The notes beneath the pieces are model-generated. The model searched no databases, was not told the DNA's origin, and worked only from the letters and a program-made list of their open reading frames with translations. Made by a program: the position numbers and the translations under genes. Source: a virus. From it: 64,000 nucleotides of DNA. Shown one piece after another: positions 8,475 to 19,683 of the stretch. The stretch lies in the IMG/VR virus record IMGVR_UViG_3300010885_030180, positions 1 to 64,000 of that record. One strand, written 5' to 3'. The number at the start of each line of letters is the position of its first letter. Position 1 is the first letter of the stretch.

Positions 8475-9710
8475 ATGTCAAATTTAATTATTCAAATACA
8501 TCCAGAAGATGTAAAATCAGTAAAGTGGTCTGGTCACTATCAGTCATATGATGTTGCATTACATGCGTTAAATCAAGGCCGATATGAGAAGTTTTTAGTA
8601 GTGAACCCAGTAATAGATGAACTCTACAAAGCAATAGATAATCCAGTTTATTATATTGACGAAGATCTTCCAAATACTGATAAGTGCATATTTTGGACTT
8701 ACAAAAACAATTGGGTTGCTAAACTGTTCACTAAAAACTGGATCCCGGCAGATGAATACTTGGTAGTTCCATTATCTCCTCCTGAATCAAAATGGAGTAA
8801 GAATAGAGAATTTGGACCTATGATTACTTTTAATAACGATCCTACTTTAAAATTTAAAGTTGAAGCATCAGATTCATCGTATCTATTAACTTGGTATCTT
8901 GATCCTAAATTTAATACAACAAAAGATAAAGTATGGGCAATTAAACATCGACCTGTAAATCGACGTATTACAGGAGTTAAGGACATGGGATACCTAACAC
9001 CTATATTTCCTAAACATCTTGATGTGATATTCATTAGTTATAACGAATCTAATGCTGAAGATAATTGGAAACGTGTATTAGAGAAAGCACCATGGGCCAA
9101 ACGTATCAATGGTGTAGAAGGTATATTCAACGCACACAAGGCAGCATCTGTGTTGGCAAAAACAGATATGTTTTATGTTGTTGATGGCGATGCATGGTTA
9201 TTGGATGAGTGGAATTTTAATTTTCAACCTGGTATATTTGATAGATTGTTTACTCATATATGGCAAGCAAGTAATCCTATTAACGGATTAAAATACGGTT
9301 ACGGTGGTGTTAAATTGTTCTCTAAGCATGTAATGGACACGGCTGAAAGTTGGACAACACTAGATATGGCCACTACTGTTACTCCTGACATTAAACTAAT
9401 TGATCAAGTTAGTAACATTACAGCATTTAATACAGATGAATTCTCAACCTGGAGAAGTGCGTTTAGAGAATGTGCTAAACTGTGCTATAATATACAACTT
9501 AATCCATCAGATACTGAGACGCAAGATCGACTTGATAAATGGAAGACCATAAATGATCAACCGTTTTCTCAATATGCTGTTGATGCTGCTAGTGAAGCAG
9601 AACAATGGGTAGATACTAACAAAGATAATATTGATATACTACTAAACATCAATGACAGAAACTGGTTACAACAAGAATTTAATAAAATATACAATGACAA
9701 TAGAAATTAA
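8475..9710 (+). CDS. glycosyltransferase-like protein (GT-A fold, C-terminal half)
   Basis: DVIFISYNE.NA..NW, GVEGI.NAHKAA, FYVVDGDA (DxD), GYGGVKL, WRSAFREC.KL. Confidence 0.7.
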   Translation: MSNLIIQIHPEDVKSVKWSGHYQSYDVALHALNQGRYEKFLVVNPVIDELYKAIDNPVYYIDEDLPNTDKCIFWTYKNNWVAKLFTKNWIPADEYLVVPLSPPESKWSKNREFGPMITFNNDPTLKFKVEASDSSYLLTWYLDPKFNTTKDKVWAIKHRPVNRRITGVKDMGYLTPIFPKHLDVIFISYNESNAEDNWKRVLEKAPWAKRINGVEGIFNAHKAASVLAKTDMFYVVDGDAWLLDEWNFNFQPGIFDRLFTHIWQASNPINGLKYGYGGVKLFSKHVMDTAESWTTLDMATTVTPDIKLIDQVSNITAFNTDEFSTWRSAFRECAKLCYNIQLNPSDTETQDRLDKWKTINDQPFSQYAVDAASEAEQWVDTNKDNIDILLNINDRNWLQQEFNKIYNDNRN

Positions 9711-10971
9711 AGATATAACTGAATTTAAAAAAACTGTATGTGCAGTTCCATGGATGCATATTGCAGTAGAACCCAACGGCGATGCAATTCCGTGCTGCCT
9801 AACCAGTACACACAATTATATTGCTGGCAACTTAAACACACAATCCATTGAAGAAATATGGAATAGTGATAACATGAAATCATTACGCAAGGATATGATC
9901 AACGGTATTGAACCAAAGATATGTAACAAATGTTTTGATAGAGAAAAAGTCACCGGGGATAGTGGCAGGTATCATCACAATCGTAGATTCTCTCAAGTAC
10001 TTAACAATATACCTTATATTACAGAACCCAATGGAACTTGTAATACAATGGACCTTAAATATTGGGATTTTAGATTCAGTAATCTATGCAATTTTAAATG
10101 TCGTAGTTGTGGTCCTCGTTACAGTTCAACATGGGTACCTGATGCTACAAAACTCAATTGGATATCAGGACAAGAGAAAGTTTGGAATGTAGAAAGCGTA
10201 AACAATACAGATAAATTTGATTTCTTAAAAGAACAAATTGAAAATGTTGAAGAGATCTATTTTGCAGGTGGTGAACCTCTAATGATGTCCGAACATTGGA
10301 AAATTTTAGATATGTTACTTGAACGCAATAAAACGCACGTTAAATTATCATACAACACCAACGCTAGTATATTAACATATGGTGGCAAGAATGTATTAGA
10401 TTATTGGCGACAGTGGGATCACGGAAAACTTGAAGTATGGCCTAGCATTGATGAAATTGGCCCCCGTGCTGAATTAATTCGTAGTGGTACTGTATGGAAA
10501 AAAGTTGAAGAAAATTTAAAAGCAATGGCTTCATTAGATAATATTAATCTGCGTCCTGGGTTAACTATTGGAGCATGGAATGTATTCCGGCTTCCAGAGA
10601 TTATTAATCACTTAAATGATATTGGAGTAATCAAAGCTGATAGTAGAAATCGTACCGAATACAATAATACCAATTTTTTTATTAACCTATTGGTGGATCC
10701 TCACCATTACCATGTACGTATTTTGCCAGATGAATTTAAAAAAGAAACCGTTGCTAAGTTAAATGAATTCATTGCTGGTTATAACAAAAAATATAATTCA
10801 GATATAGGAATAAATCTAACTCACATACTTCATGAACTTACCACACCGTTTGATAGAAAATCTGCAAAACGATTTTTAGAAATTACCAGACAATTAGATC
10901 AAGTTAGAAATGAAAATACATATGAAGTTATCCCGGAGATGGAATGTGTAAGGAAAGCAATTGGTGAGTAA
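9694..10971 (+). CDS. radical SAM protein with N-terminal SPASM/twitch domain
   Basis: CAVPW.H...G...PCC...CNKC then CNFKCRSC and FAGGEP. Start refined to ATG 9694 (track start 9652). Confidence 0.9.
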   Translation: MTIEIKDITEFKKTVCAVPWMHIAVEPNGDAIPCCLTSTHNYIAGNLNTQSIEEIWNSDNMKSLRKDMINGIEPKICNKCFDREKVTGDSGRYHHNRRFSQVLNNIPYITEPNGTCNTMDLKYWDFRFSNLCNFKCRSCGPRYSSTWVPDATKLNWISGQEKVWNVESVNNTDKFDFLKEQIENVEEIYFAGGEPLMMSEHWKILDMLLERNKTHVKLSYNTNASILTYGGKNVLDYWRQWDHGKLEVWPSIDEIGPRAELIRSGTVWKKVEENLKAMASLDNINLRPGLTIGAWNVFRLPEIINHLNDIGVIKADSRNRTEYNNTNFFINLLVDPHHYHVRILPDEFKKETVAKLNEFIAGYNKKYNSDIGINLTHILHELTTPFDRKSAKRFLEITRQLDQVRNENTYEVIPEMECVRKAIGE

Positions 10972-11884
10972 TTCAAACTTATTGTTTCCTTGGATGGAAC
11001 AAACTGACATTTATGTAGATCAGATGCACAATTTATTTACTCAAATGCTAATTGGTATAGACATGTATTGTGGGGGTATTAACAATAAAATTGTTTTAGA
11101 AGTAGGAAGTGCATTCCATTTGTCCATGGGTGGTGTTTTACTAGCATTTGCTTCACAATCGGGAGCAAGTCGTGTATTTGGAATTGATTTAACATCACCA
11201 ACTATGTTAGATAATGATAAAAATAAAAAATTATTTTGGGAATCAGTTATTAATAAATTTAAAGTCCCTCTAAACAAGCACAATGATAAAATAACTGAAT
11301 TCCAAATGAACGTAGAAGAAATGTCATTTCCTAGCAATAGTATCGATTTAATATTTTCAAATGCAACATTTGAGCATATCAAAGACGTAAAAAAATCCCT
11401 TGATGAGTGTTATAGAGTACTTAAACCTGGTGGATGTTTATATATTCACTGGAATCCTTTTACATCTTTAGAAATGGGAGCACATGATATTGGTATTCCG
11501 TATTATTATCAATGGCCTCATCTTAGGTTATCATTTGAAGATCATCTAACTAAATTAGAAGAAGTCTTTAATAATCAGTCTTTGCTTGATTCTGCCAGCA
11601 TTCCAGGACACACAATTACCAAAGACCGTGCTGATAAAATACGATTAAATATTGATCAGTTTATGCGTGATACATTAAGTGATTTAAACAAAATTAGAGT
11701 TAGTGAGTTAATATCTCTTGTTAAAAATCTTAAATTTGATATATTATACGAAGAATATAGTACCTATTCTAATGTTGAAAAATTTTATACTGATCAAATT
11801 CAAAAAGAATTAAATTTTTATTCTAAAGACGAATTATTATTACATACACATAAAATAGCATTAAGGAAGATAATCGATGAATGA
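10961..11884 (+). CDS. class I SAM-dependent methyltransferase (Methyltransf_11-like)
   Basis: VLEVGS, GIDL, SIDLIFSNATFEHI, RVLKPGG. Confidence 0.85.
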   Translation: MVSNSNLLFPWMEQTDIYVDQMHNLFTQMLIGIDMYCGGINNKIVLEVGSAFHLSMGGVLLAFASQSGASRVFGIDLTSPTMLDNDKNKKLFWESVINKFKVPLNKHNDKITEFQMNVEEMSFPSNSIDLIFSNATFEHIKDVKKSLDECYRVLKPGGCLYIHWNPFTSLEMGAHDIGIPYYYQWPHLRLSFEDHLTKLEEVFNNQSLLDSASIPGHTITKDRADKIRLNIDQFMRDTLSDLNKIRVSELISLVKNLKFDILYEEYSTYSNVEKFYTDQIQKELNFYSKDELLLHTHKIALRKIIDE

Positions 11885-13220
11885 TTTAATTAATATCAAT
11901 AAACTGAGAGATGAAATAGTCAACAGTGAGACATTTTGTTTTTACCCATTCCTTGAACTAAGTACTAACCCTTCAGGACATATTAAACCATGTTGTAATT
12001 ATAGAAGCACTATGAATGATGCTGATGGAAAAGTTATTAGTATATTAAATGGTTCAACATTTGATACAGCATGGAATAGTGATCCTATGGTTAATTTACG
12101 TAGGACGTTGACCACTGGAGAAATTCCCGAGCAATGCAATCGGTGCATACGAGACGGTGTTACTAGTTTAAGACATCGATCAGTTGATGAATATAAAAAT
12201 AACGGTGAAGTGTTAGAGCTTGTAAAGGCTACGATTGAGAATGATTACGTTGCAGATCATAATTTAAAAATATTGGAATTAAAACCTAGTACTCTTTGCA
12301 ACTTAAAATGTGTTGTCTGCAATAGTTATGATAGCTCTCAGATATCTAAAGAAATTAAAGCCCTAGCTGAAAAACATGGTGGAATAGAAATTGAAGCAGG
12401 CCGTGTTATACGATTGCGTCCTGATACTACTGGAATTATTGAAAAAAATAAAGCCTTTGAAAATATAGAAGATCCTGAGTGGTCTGACAATGAGGAAGTT
12501 TGGAAAAACTTTGAACGATTAGTTCCTTATTTGGAAATTATTAGTTTCGCCGGCGGTGAGCCTACGTTGATGCCGTTTGTTATAAAAGCATTGCAATATT
12601 GTGTAGATACAGGTTATTCTAAAAACATTCATGTATTTGTTTCAAGTAATTTTACCAATCTTAATAAAGAATTTTTTGAGTTAATGCCTAGCTACAAGAA
12701 ATTTGAATTGATTGCCAGCATTGACGGTTTTGAAAAAGTACAAGAGTATGCAAGATTTCCAAGCAAATGGAACATGGTATCTAAAAATTATATATTGGCA
12801 AAAGAGTACATGAAATTTGATAATGTAAAGATACTAATGAATATTACTGTCAACATTTTAAATATCATTAATCTTACCGATCTATTATACTGGATAGAAG
12901 ATAGAGCAAAAGAGTATCCGTACTTTAAACAATGGCCATATAATCTTAACTTGATAATACATCCTTATGAGCAGCAAATACATTTAATTACTGATCAAAA
13001 TAAACTGTTAGCAACATCAAGGCTTGAAGAATATTTAAAGAATAGTTCTATATTGAAAGAATTTCCAGGACTTGATTCAAAGATACATTTGTTAATATCG
13101 GAACTGAAGCGACCTAGAGATCCAATTTTGTTTGAAAAATTTAAACAATACTTGTCCATACTTGAAGAGCATAGGAAAAATAGTGTACGTGACTCTATTC
13201 CTGAGTTGGATTTAGAGTAA
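11877..13220 (+). CDS. radical SAM protein with N-terminal SPASM/twitch domain
   Basis: FCFYPF...G.IKPCC...CNRC; CNLKCVVC; FAGGEP. Confidence 0.9.
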   Translation: MNDLININKLRDEIVNSETFCFYPFLELSTNPSGHIKPCCNYRSTMNDADGKVISILNGSTFDTAWNSDPMVNLRRTLTTGEIPEQCNRCIRDGVTSLRHRSVDEYKNNGEVLELVKATIENDYVADHNLKILELKPSTLCNLKCVVCNSYDSSQISKEIKALAEKHGGIEIEAGRVIRLRPDTTGIIEKNKAFENIEDPEWSDNEEVWKNFERLVPYLEIISFAGGEPTLMPFVIKALQYCVDTGYSKNIHVFVSSNFTNLNKEFFELMPSYKKFELIASIDGFEKVQEYARFPSKWNMVSKNYILAKEYMKFDNVKILMNITVNILNIINLTDLLYWIEDRAKEYPYFKQWPYNLNLIIHPYEQQIHLITDQNKLLATSRLEEYLKNSSILKEFPGLDSKIHLLISELKRPRDPILFEKFKQYLSILEEHRKNSVRDSIPELDLE

Positions 13221-14464
13221 TGTCTAACACATATTGCCCGTTGCCGTGGAATCACTTTTCCGCCGATGCTAATGGTACCATGCGTATGTGTTGTAATTCT
13301 ACAGCAGATGGAAGATTAAAAAATAACAACAATAATTTGATACAATTAAACAGTATTGAAAATGTTGTTGACTTCTATAACATTGATCATTTAAAAAGTA
13401 TTCGTAAAAGTATGATTGATAGTAAACGCATTAAAGAGTGTGATTACTGTTATGCAATTGAGGATAACGGCGGAACTAGTGTACGACAATGGTTTGCCAA
13501 ACAATGGCCGATGGAATCAGTTATAGAGAACACTAATCTATCTACCGGGGAAGTTAATAGTGTTGAAATTAATTATCTTGATTTAAGTTGGTCAAACAAA
13601 TGTAATTTGCAATGTAAAATGTGTACTCCAAATGCCAGCGATCAACTTATAAAAGAATTTAAATTTATAGATAACGAACAATGGTCTAATGCTATGGAGT
13701 TTAAAGACAGATGGAATTATAATAACATTAAACCTATACTAGATAAAACTATTACAGAAAATCTAAGTCAAATACTTGTTACCGGCGGCGAGCCATTAAT
13801 AAACAATGATTTCTATAATTTTTGTCAAATGCTTATTAGTACAGGAGTATCTAAACAGATTGAAATGTCTATACATACCAACTTAACGGTGACTCCACAA
13901 AAATGGTTTGATATATGGCAGCATTTTAAAAGTATGAGCATTAAAATTAGTATAGATGCTGTTGAAGAAGTTTACGAATATATTAGATATCCAGGTAAAT
14001 GGCATATAATAAAACAGAATATTAAAGACACTTTGGAATTTTCTAAAAATAATAATAATATTGGAATTGAATTTCATACAGTTTTATCAATTTTTAATAC
14101 AGAAAAATTTACAGACTTATTAGATTACCTTGCATCATTGGAAGGATATGCAGTATTAAAAGTTCCGCACATTAATTATATACATATCCCAGATTACGCA
14201 TCACCATCTAATTTGCCGACTGACTATAAGATAATAATTTATAAAAACATTATGGAATGGATTAAGATCAATATACCTAAATTTCTCAATGATGCAAGAT
14301 GTATGGAAAAAATCTCTACATTATATTCGGTTGCAAATATTCTATTACATTCACAAACAACTGATGAAGAAAAACATAAGAGTTATGTAATGATTAAGAA
14401 AATGGATGTGTATAGGAAACATGATACCTTAAAATTTCTACCGTGGATGGCAGATGCAAAATAA
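13220..14464 (+). CDS. radical SAM protein with N-terminal SPASM/twitch domain
   Basis: YCPLPW.H...G.MRMCC...CDYC; CNLQCKMC; TGGEP. Confidence 0.9.
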   Translation: MSNTYCPLPWNHFSADANGTMRMCCNSTADGRLKNNNNNLIQLNSIENVVDFYNIDHLKSIRKSMIDSKRIKECDYCYAIEDNGGTSVRQWFAKQWPMESVIENTNLSTGEVNSVEINYLDLSWSNKCNLQCKMCTPNASDQLIKEFKFIDNEQWSNAMEFKDRWNYNNIKPILDKTITENLSQILVTGGEPLINNDFYNFCQMLISTGVSKQIEMSIHTNLTVTPQKWFDIWQHFKSMSIKISIDAVEEVYEYIRYPGKWHIIKQNIKDTLEFSKNNNNIGIEFHTVLSIFNTEKFTDLLDYLASLEGYAVLKVPHINYIHIPDYASPSNLPTDYKIIIYKNIMEWIKINIPKFLNDARCMEKISTLYSVANILLHSQTTDEEKHKSYVMIKKMDVYRKHDTLKFLPWMADAK

Positions 14465-15704
14465 ATTCAAAGATGTTTACGGAATGCCTGATCCGTCATG
14501 TGTGTATAAATTTGCATGGAGTACGATAAGGCTATCTCAACAGACTACTAATAGTTGTTATAGAGTACAACTGGAACCTATATCAGTTGATAACTTTGAT
14601 AACTTTCACAATACTCCTATAAAATTAAGTACACGGCAAGAGATGCTAGATGGCAATTGGCCGGGTAAAGGGTGTGAGTACTGTAGAGCTATTGAAAAAG
14701 TAGGCGGTATTAGTGACCGGATGCAGGCAAATTCTAATACTAAACCGCCACCTGAACTGTTAAAAAATAATCGTGCAACTAATGTTAACCCCACAATAGT
14801 TGAAGTGTATTTCAATAACTTATGCAACATGTCATGCATATATTGTAATGCAACTAATAGTACTACATGGGAAAACGAAAATCGTAAATTTAAGTTAGTA
14901 TCACAGGATGAACTTGATAGTTACGATAAACATAAACAAGAATATCCTGCTATTTTAGAAAAATATTGGCAATGGTTAGAGAAGAATGCATTATCATTGA
15001 ACGAATATTATATTCTAGGAGGAGAACCATTCTTTCAACCGGAATTTGAAAAAAATATAGAATTTTTTGAGAATCACCCTTGTCCTAACTTAGTAGTAAG
15101 TGTTTTTTCAAATCTTAAAGTAAAGAGTGAAAAATTTAAAAACATTTTAAACAAAGTACAAAGTTTAATTGACAATAAACATATCAAACGTTTTAGATTG
15201 TTATCCAGTATTGATTCATGGGGTCTTCAAGAAGAGTATGTTAGATACGGATTGGATCTTACCCAATGGGAAGAAAATTTTGAAATATTAGTAGAGCAGT
15301 ATCCTGATATAGAGCTTGTTGTAAAATCAACTCTATGCAATTTAAATATAAAAGCAACTGTAGACTTAATTAAAAAAATCAATGAATACAATACTTACAG
15401 AGTTAAAAACAATAACACCTTGATTGAAATTTCATGTACGCTGTTAAAAGATCCTAAGCACTTGCAAATTGATATTTTTCCTGATAAGTTTTTTGATAAC
15501 GACTTTGAACAAATAATTAAATTTGCTCCAACCAACTTTTTAAAAGAACAAATAAAAGGTTTTCAAACAATGATTAATGAGCATCCATATCAGCCGGCGT
15601 TAGTAGATCAACTTAAATTAGAATTAGATGCAATAGATAAACGTAGAAATTTAAATTGGAAATTAACATTTCCTTGGTTACAAGAATTTACAAATAATGT
15701 TTAA
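14454..15704 (+). CDS. radical SAM protein with variant N-terminal twitch domain
   Basis: SCVYK.AW...NSCY...GCEYC; CNMSCIYC; LGGEP. Confidence 0.9.
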   Translation: MQNKFKDVYGMPDPSCVYKFAWSTIRLSQQTTNSCYRVQLEPISVDNFDNFHNTPIKLSTRQEMLDGNWPGKGCEYCRAIEKVGGISDRMQANSNTKPPPELLKNNRATNVNPTIVEVYFNNLCNMSCIYCNATNSTTWENENRKFKLVSQDELDSYDKHKQEYPAILEKYWQWLEKNALSLNEYYILGGEPFFQPEFEKNIEFFENHPCPNLVVSVFSNLKVKSEKFKNILNKVQSLIDNKHIKRFRLLSSIDSWGLQEEYVRYGLDLTQWEENFEILVEQYPDIELVVKSTLCNLNIKATVDLIKKINEYNTYRVKNNNTLIEISCTLLKDPKHLQIDIFPDKFFDNDFEQIIKFAPTNFLKEQIKGFQTMINEHPYQPALVDQLKLELDAIDKRRNLNWKLTFPWLQEFTNNV

Positions 15705-16345
15705 CGATGTATTTTACCTATAAGCATGTATCTAGTGCCACGGCTATCATCTATTTCTTCCTCAACTAATACTTCAGAATTTTCCGGTAATTGATTTTTA
15801 AATTCTTCTAGTGAGTGTACACAATTAACATGACCTTCAATCCAATCCATATTGTTTGATTGGAATGCAAAATATGCATCGGCGTTTAATTCTGCCCAAA
15901 ACGGCCATTCTTTCATAGGCGGCATGTGCTCGCACGATGTATTGATAAACAATTTAGCATCTCGATGTCTTTCTTGATCTTCAGAAAATACATCACCCGT
16001 TGTAAAAAATACATTTTTGTAATTTAAAAACAATCCATATTTTGCAACCTTAATGGCCATCTCATCTAAATCGATGCCAGTTATTTTTTTCACTTTGTTT
16101 GATAATGCAGGTATAAGTATGCTTCCAAACCAACACCCAAATATAACTACCTCAGAGTCACTGTCTAAAATATCTAGCCGATCTATTCTATCTAGTAATT
16201 TTATCTTTGAAGCAAATTGATTATTACTGAAAGAATCAATAATATCTGCTCCTACATTGGGTCCTACCTCTTTGCTATTTTTTATTGCTCTTATTACTCG
16301 TTTAAATAAATCTAAATCTATAATATTATTTTTTAAATCAATCAT
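15701..16345 (-). CDS. class I SAM-dependent methyltransferase-like protein
   Basis: VIFGCWFG, GIDLD, INTSCEHM, QSN, H.NC. Confidence 0.7.
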   Translation of the reverse strand: MIDLKNNIIDLDLFKRVIRAIKNSKEVGPNVGADIIDSFSNNQFASKIKLLDRIDRLDILDSDSEVVIFGCWFGSILIPALSNKVKKITGIDLDEMAIKVAKYGLFLNYKNVFFTTGDVFSEDQERHRDAKLFINTSCEHMPPMKEWPFWAELNADAYFAFQSNNMDWIEGHVNCVHSLEEFKNQLPENSEVLVEEEIDDSRGTRYMLIGKIHR

Positions 16346-17858
16346 GTTTCTTCCTGATAATATAATCGTTAATCACTAGTATGTCTAGTCCGCATTTTTT
16401 AAATGTCTTTACAGCATCTTCTGGAGTCTCTACAATAGGTTCCTGGCAATTGAAACTAGTATTCAGAAGCATGGGAATTCCAGTAAGTTTATAAAACTCA
16501 CTTATTAAATTGTAGTAACGTTCGTTAAACTCTTTGTTGACAGTTTGTATTCTTGCAGTACCATCTACGTGTGTCACACCCGGAATCTTATCTGAAATCA
16601 CAGGCACGATACGTGACATATACGGACTAGTTTGATTTGTATCAAAGTACTCTTGATAATGTTCTTCAAGCACACTTGGAGCGAACGGTCTGAAGTCTTC
16701 TCGCAATTTAATCTTTGAGTTGATGATATTCTTAATGTTCGGGTTTCGTGGATCAGCTAGGATACTTCTATTACCTAATGCCCTGTTACCACTTTCGCTT
16801 TTACCTTGATACCATCCAACTATTTTACCATTGGCAATAGTATGTGCAACTTCTGTATAAACAGTATCCATTGATACTTGTTTGTGTTCTAATCCGTTAA
16901 AGATAGAAGCATTTACTACATGTTCTTTTCCTGAATATACACTAGGTATATGAATATTTTTATTTAAAACATAATCGGCATGCATATAAGCACCCAGTGA
17001 TTGACCTTCGTCGCCAGCTGCCGGCGGCACATGGACATTTACGTAATGCTTAGTTAGTTCTTCGTTCATATATCCGTTATACGCAACCCCACCAGCAACA
17101 CAAATATTATCCGAAGTCTTAAGAGGACATACAAATTGTTTAATTAGACTAATTGTAACATGCTGTAAAGTGAATGCTATATCTTCTTTCGGAACATATT
17201 TTAAAAGCTCTTCTGCACTATCGGGTAATCGGTGATTAGGATTTTGCAAATACTGCTCAATCATTAAATGTATTTCGTTATTATATTTTCCAAAACCTAC
17301 TAATCCCATTGTCTTGCCAGCACCTAGATATCCAAAGCCGATGTCTTGAGATAATCTGTTCCACAGTCCACCAATTGCTATCTTGTCAGACAAGTTAGTA
17401 ATCTTACCATGCTTATCAACAAATATACAATTGAATTGCCATCCTCTGCCGTCAATTGCTAATATATCAGATTCAGCAAAGCCCGAACTTAGAAAAGCGT
17501 ATGTAGCATGACTCTGATGATGATCTATATAGTAATAGCTACTAGTATGTAATCTATCCCATAGGTTAGTCGGATTGAATGATAAGAACTCTGTATTTGG
17601 TAAAGTCCCTTGCAGCAGATCTAATACAAACTCCTGTCCTAGATTAGAAACAGTAAAGACAAATACGTTATCCTTACTGGCGTTTTCGTAGTTGGGCAAA
17701 AAATTTTCAAAGAAGAACTCTCTACTATATTTAGGATCGTGTGAGTTCTCTCGATTGAGATTATGCTTTCTTCTAGTGTATCTTTCTACCTGATTATGAA
17801 ATTCACCATCGTAAGTATTGTGATCATGAATGTTTACTGCCACTGCAAAAATTTTCAT
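16338..17858 (-). CDS. carbamoyltransferase (CmcH/NodU/TobZ family)
   Basis: HD, DHHQSHA, IDG.G, AGKTMGL, GGVAYN, GDEG, G.RALGNRS, RPFAP, HVDGTAR.Q, LNTSFN..EPIV. Confidence 0.95.
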   Translation of the reverse strand: MKIFAVAVNIHDHNTYDGEFHNQVERYTRRKHNLNRENSHDPKYSREFFFENFLPNYENASKDNVFVFTVSNLGQEFVLDLLQGTLPNTEFLSFNPTNLWDRLHTSSYYYIDHHQSHATYAFLSSGFAESDILAIDGRGWQFNCIFVDKHGKITNLSDKIAIGGLWNRLSQDIGFGYLGAGKTMGLVGFGKYNNEIHLMIEQYLQNPNHRLPDSAEELLKYVPKEDIAFTLQHVTISLIKQFVCPLKTSDNICVAGGVAYNGYMNEELTKHYVNVHVPPAAGDEGQSLGAYMHADYVLNKNIHIPSVYSGKEHVVNASIFNGLEHKQVSMDTVYTEVAHTIANGKIVGWYQGKSESGNRALGNRSILADPRNPNIKNIINSKIKLREDFRPFAPSVLEEHYQEYFDTNQTSPYMSRIVPVISDKIPGVTHVDGTARIQTVNKEFNERYYNLISEFYKLTGIPMLLNTSFNCQEPIVETPEDAVKTFKKCGLDILVINDYIIRKKHD

Positions 17859-18682
17859 CGTGAATATTTTTCTTCTTCAATAATTTCGAGTATTTCTATT
17901 CTTCTAAATTCTGGTCTAGGAGGAATAATATCGTAGCAGGTTTCACAATATTTTTCAAATTCAAATAACTTAAAATTCATCATCTTATCTATATTTTCTT
18001 TTGTAACATCAAATTGTCTTGAGCCATTGATAACTTTTCTACTGCAATGACGTATCTTTTGTATTTCAAAATCAAACACAGGAACTAGCGGAAACTTTGC
18101 ACAGATCCTTCTCTCTATTTCAGGCGCTTTTTCTTTAAACTCAAATGTAGGAGATCTAGAATTGTATTCTTTGAACTCAGTATTCTTATGTTCTAGTATT
18201 GATAAATCATATTTCTCTTTGTACTTAAAATAGTTAGGAGTCTGTATAATTAGATTATAGTTGTTTTTATCATTTTCCGCAAGGAAATCAAAGTTACCTA
18301 GCTTTTCAATCCTATCTTCGTAGAAGTCGAGCACTAAATGTTCAATATATATTATATCTGGATCCTCTAATACCCATGGATAGAATTTTCTTACTAAAGA
18401 GTTTGATAACACTTGTACAATAAGATTTGGATGTTTTTTAATCTCATCAATTACTTCTTTGAGATTTTTGATAAGACCGGGCTCTCCGCCTAACAAGCAT
18501 ATCCTAGTTTTGTAAGGACTTAAATATTCTAAGGTTCTTCTTAAAAAATCCATGTCTACAGTTAAGTACCGCATTTCGAGAGTCCATGCTGTGCAGTAAT
18601 GACAATTCTTATTACATGACTTTGTCAAATAAAAATCAACTGTTAAATAGTTTGAATTTTTTAAATTTTCTAAAGTTATCAT
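17855..18682 (-). CDS. radical SAM protein with C-terminal twitch-like Cys set
   Basis: CNKNCHYC, LLGGEP, C-terminal C...HC...CETC. Confidence 0.85.
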   Translation of the reverse strand: MITLENLKNSNYLTVDFYLTKSCNKNCHYCTAWTLEMRYLTVDMDFLRRTLEYLSPYKTRICLLGGEPGLIKNLKEVIDEIKKHPNLIVQVLSNSLVRKFYPWVLEDPDIIYIEHLVLDFYEDRIEKLGNFDFLAENDKNNYNLIIQTPNYFKYKEKYDLSILEHKNTEFKEYNSRSPTFEFKEKAPEIERRICAKFPLVPVFDFEIQKIRHCSRKVINGSRQFDVTKENIDKMMNFKLFEFEKYCETCYDIIPPRPEFRRIEILEIIEEEKYSR

Positions 18683-18691
18683 ATATTTTTA

Positions 18692-19045
18692 TTAAACATA
18701 ATTTTTTACGCCGTCTATTGTACCATCATCTAAATTAATCCATATATCTTTTCGAATTATATTATTTTTGTCTTCTCTCACGCGGCATACCTCTATACAG
18801 GCAGGAGCTCCTTTATGATTTCTTAAGTTCTCTTCAAAATCTATCCATTCTTTTTTAGATAAAATTTCATCTATTGTTTCGTAATCTTCAATCTTACTTA
18901 CGGCTAACAGCTTCTTAAATTCAATATCTTCCAACGTTGAAGGATGGTCGCAATAACAACACGGCAATAGATAACCAGTATTTGTTATTGCCATCATATG
19001 CGTTCCTCTAAAACAAATTGGATCTAATTTTATTTCTTTTGTCAT
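18692..19045 (-). CDS. stand-alone SPASM/twitch-like Fe-S protein
   Basis: PIC...AIT..GYLLPCCYCD...I.EIL....W...PACIEVC. Confidence 0.7.
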   Translation of the reverse strand: MTKEIKLDPICFRGTHMMAITNTGYLLPCCYCDHPSTLEDIEFKKLLAVSKIEDYETIDEILSKKEWIDFEENLRNHKGAPACIEVCRVREDKNNIIRKDIWINLDDGTIDGVKNYV

Positions 19046-19683
19046 TTTAAAAATGTTACCATTTTATATTCTGGTTTAGTTGGCATTAACCAATCATCAT
19101 TGCCATCCCATCTAGAACTTTGCACAAGATAAAGATTAACACCAGCATTTTTTGCCAATGCAATTGCAGAATCAATACTATTTTCATTATAGCTGAAAAT
19201 GATGTATTGCCATACTGGTTTAATAATTAAATATTTTTTTGATTCCACCATGATATCAAATAGTTTTAATCCGTCCTGATTAATTCTGTAAGTTTTACTT
19301 TCTTCTGGAAGACCGTCAATAGAAAAACGCCATGTTGCATTTGGGTTGGCTTTAAATGCTTTTATATACCACTCTTTAGATTTTGCCGATGAGGCGTTTT
19401 GCACCCATGTTGGACTGTTAGATTCATAGCAAATTTTTAAAAGTTCTATAAACGATCGATGATGCACTGGATCAGAATACGTACCCTCAAAATTAATGCC
19501 ACCTCTAAAAAATTTAATTAGTTTTTTAAAATTTTCTATACTAATGTCACTACCGTGTATTGGCAATCCTTTATTTTTAAAGTGAACTTGCCTCATACAA
19601 CGAGGACATTCCAGCGGGCATCGATTAGACAAATCTATGTTAACTCCTCGCATCCCGCTAAAAAAACTATTGTTATTTTCCAT
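19042..19683 (-). CDS. short radical SAM protein (core only)
   Basis: CPLECPRC, G.YSDP, FSIDG, WQYIIF.YNE. Confidence 0.85.
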   Translation of the reverse strand: MENNNSFFSGMRGVNIDLSNRCPLECPRCMRQVHFKNKGLPIHGSDISIENFKKLIKFFRGGINFEGTYSDPVHHRSFIELLKICYESNSPTWVQNASSAKSKEWYIKAFKANPNATWRFSIDGLPEESKTYRINQDGLKLFDIMVESKKYLIIKPVWQYIIFSYNENSIDSAIALAKNAGVNLYLVQSSRWDGNDDWLMPTKPEYKMVTFLK

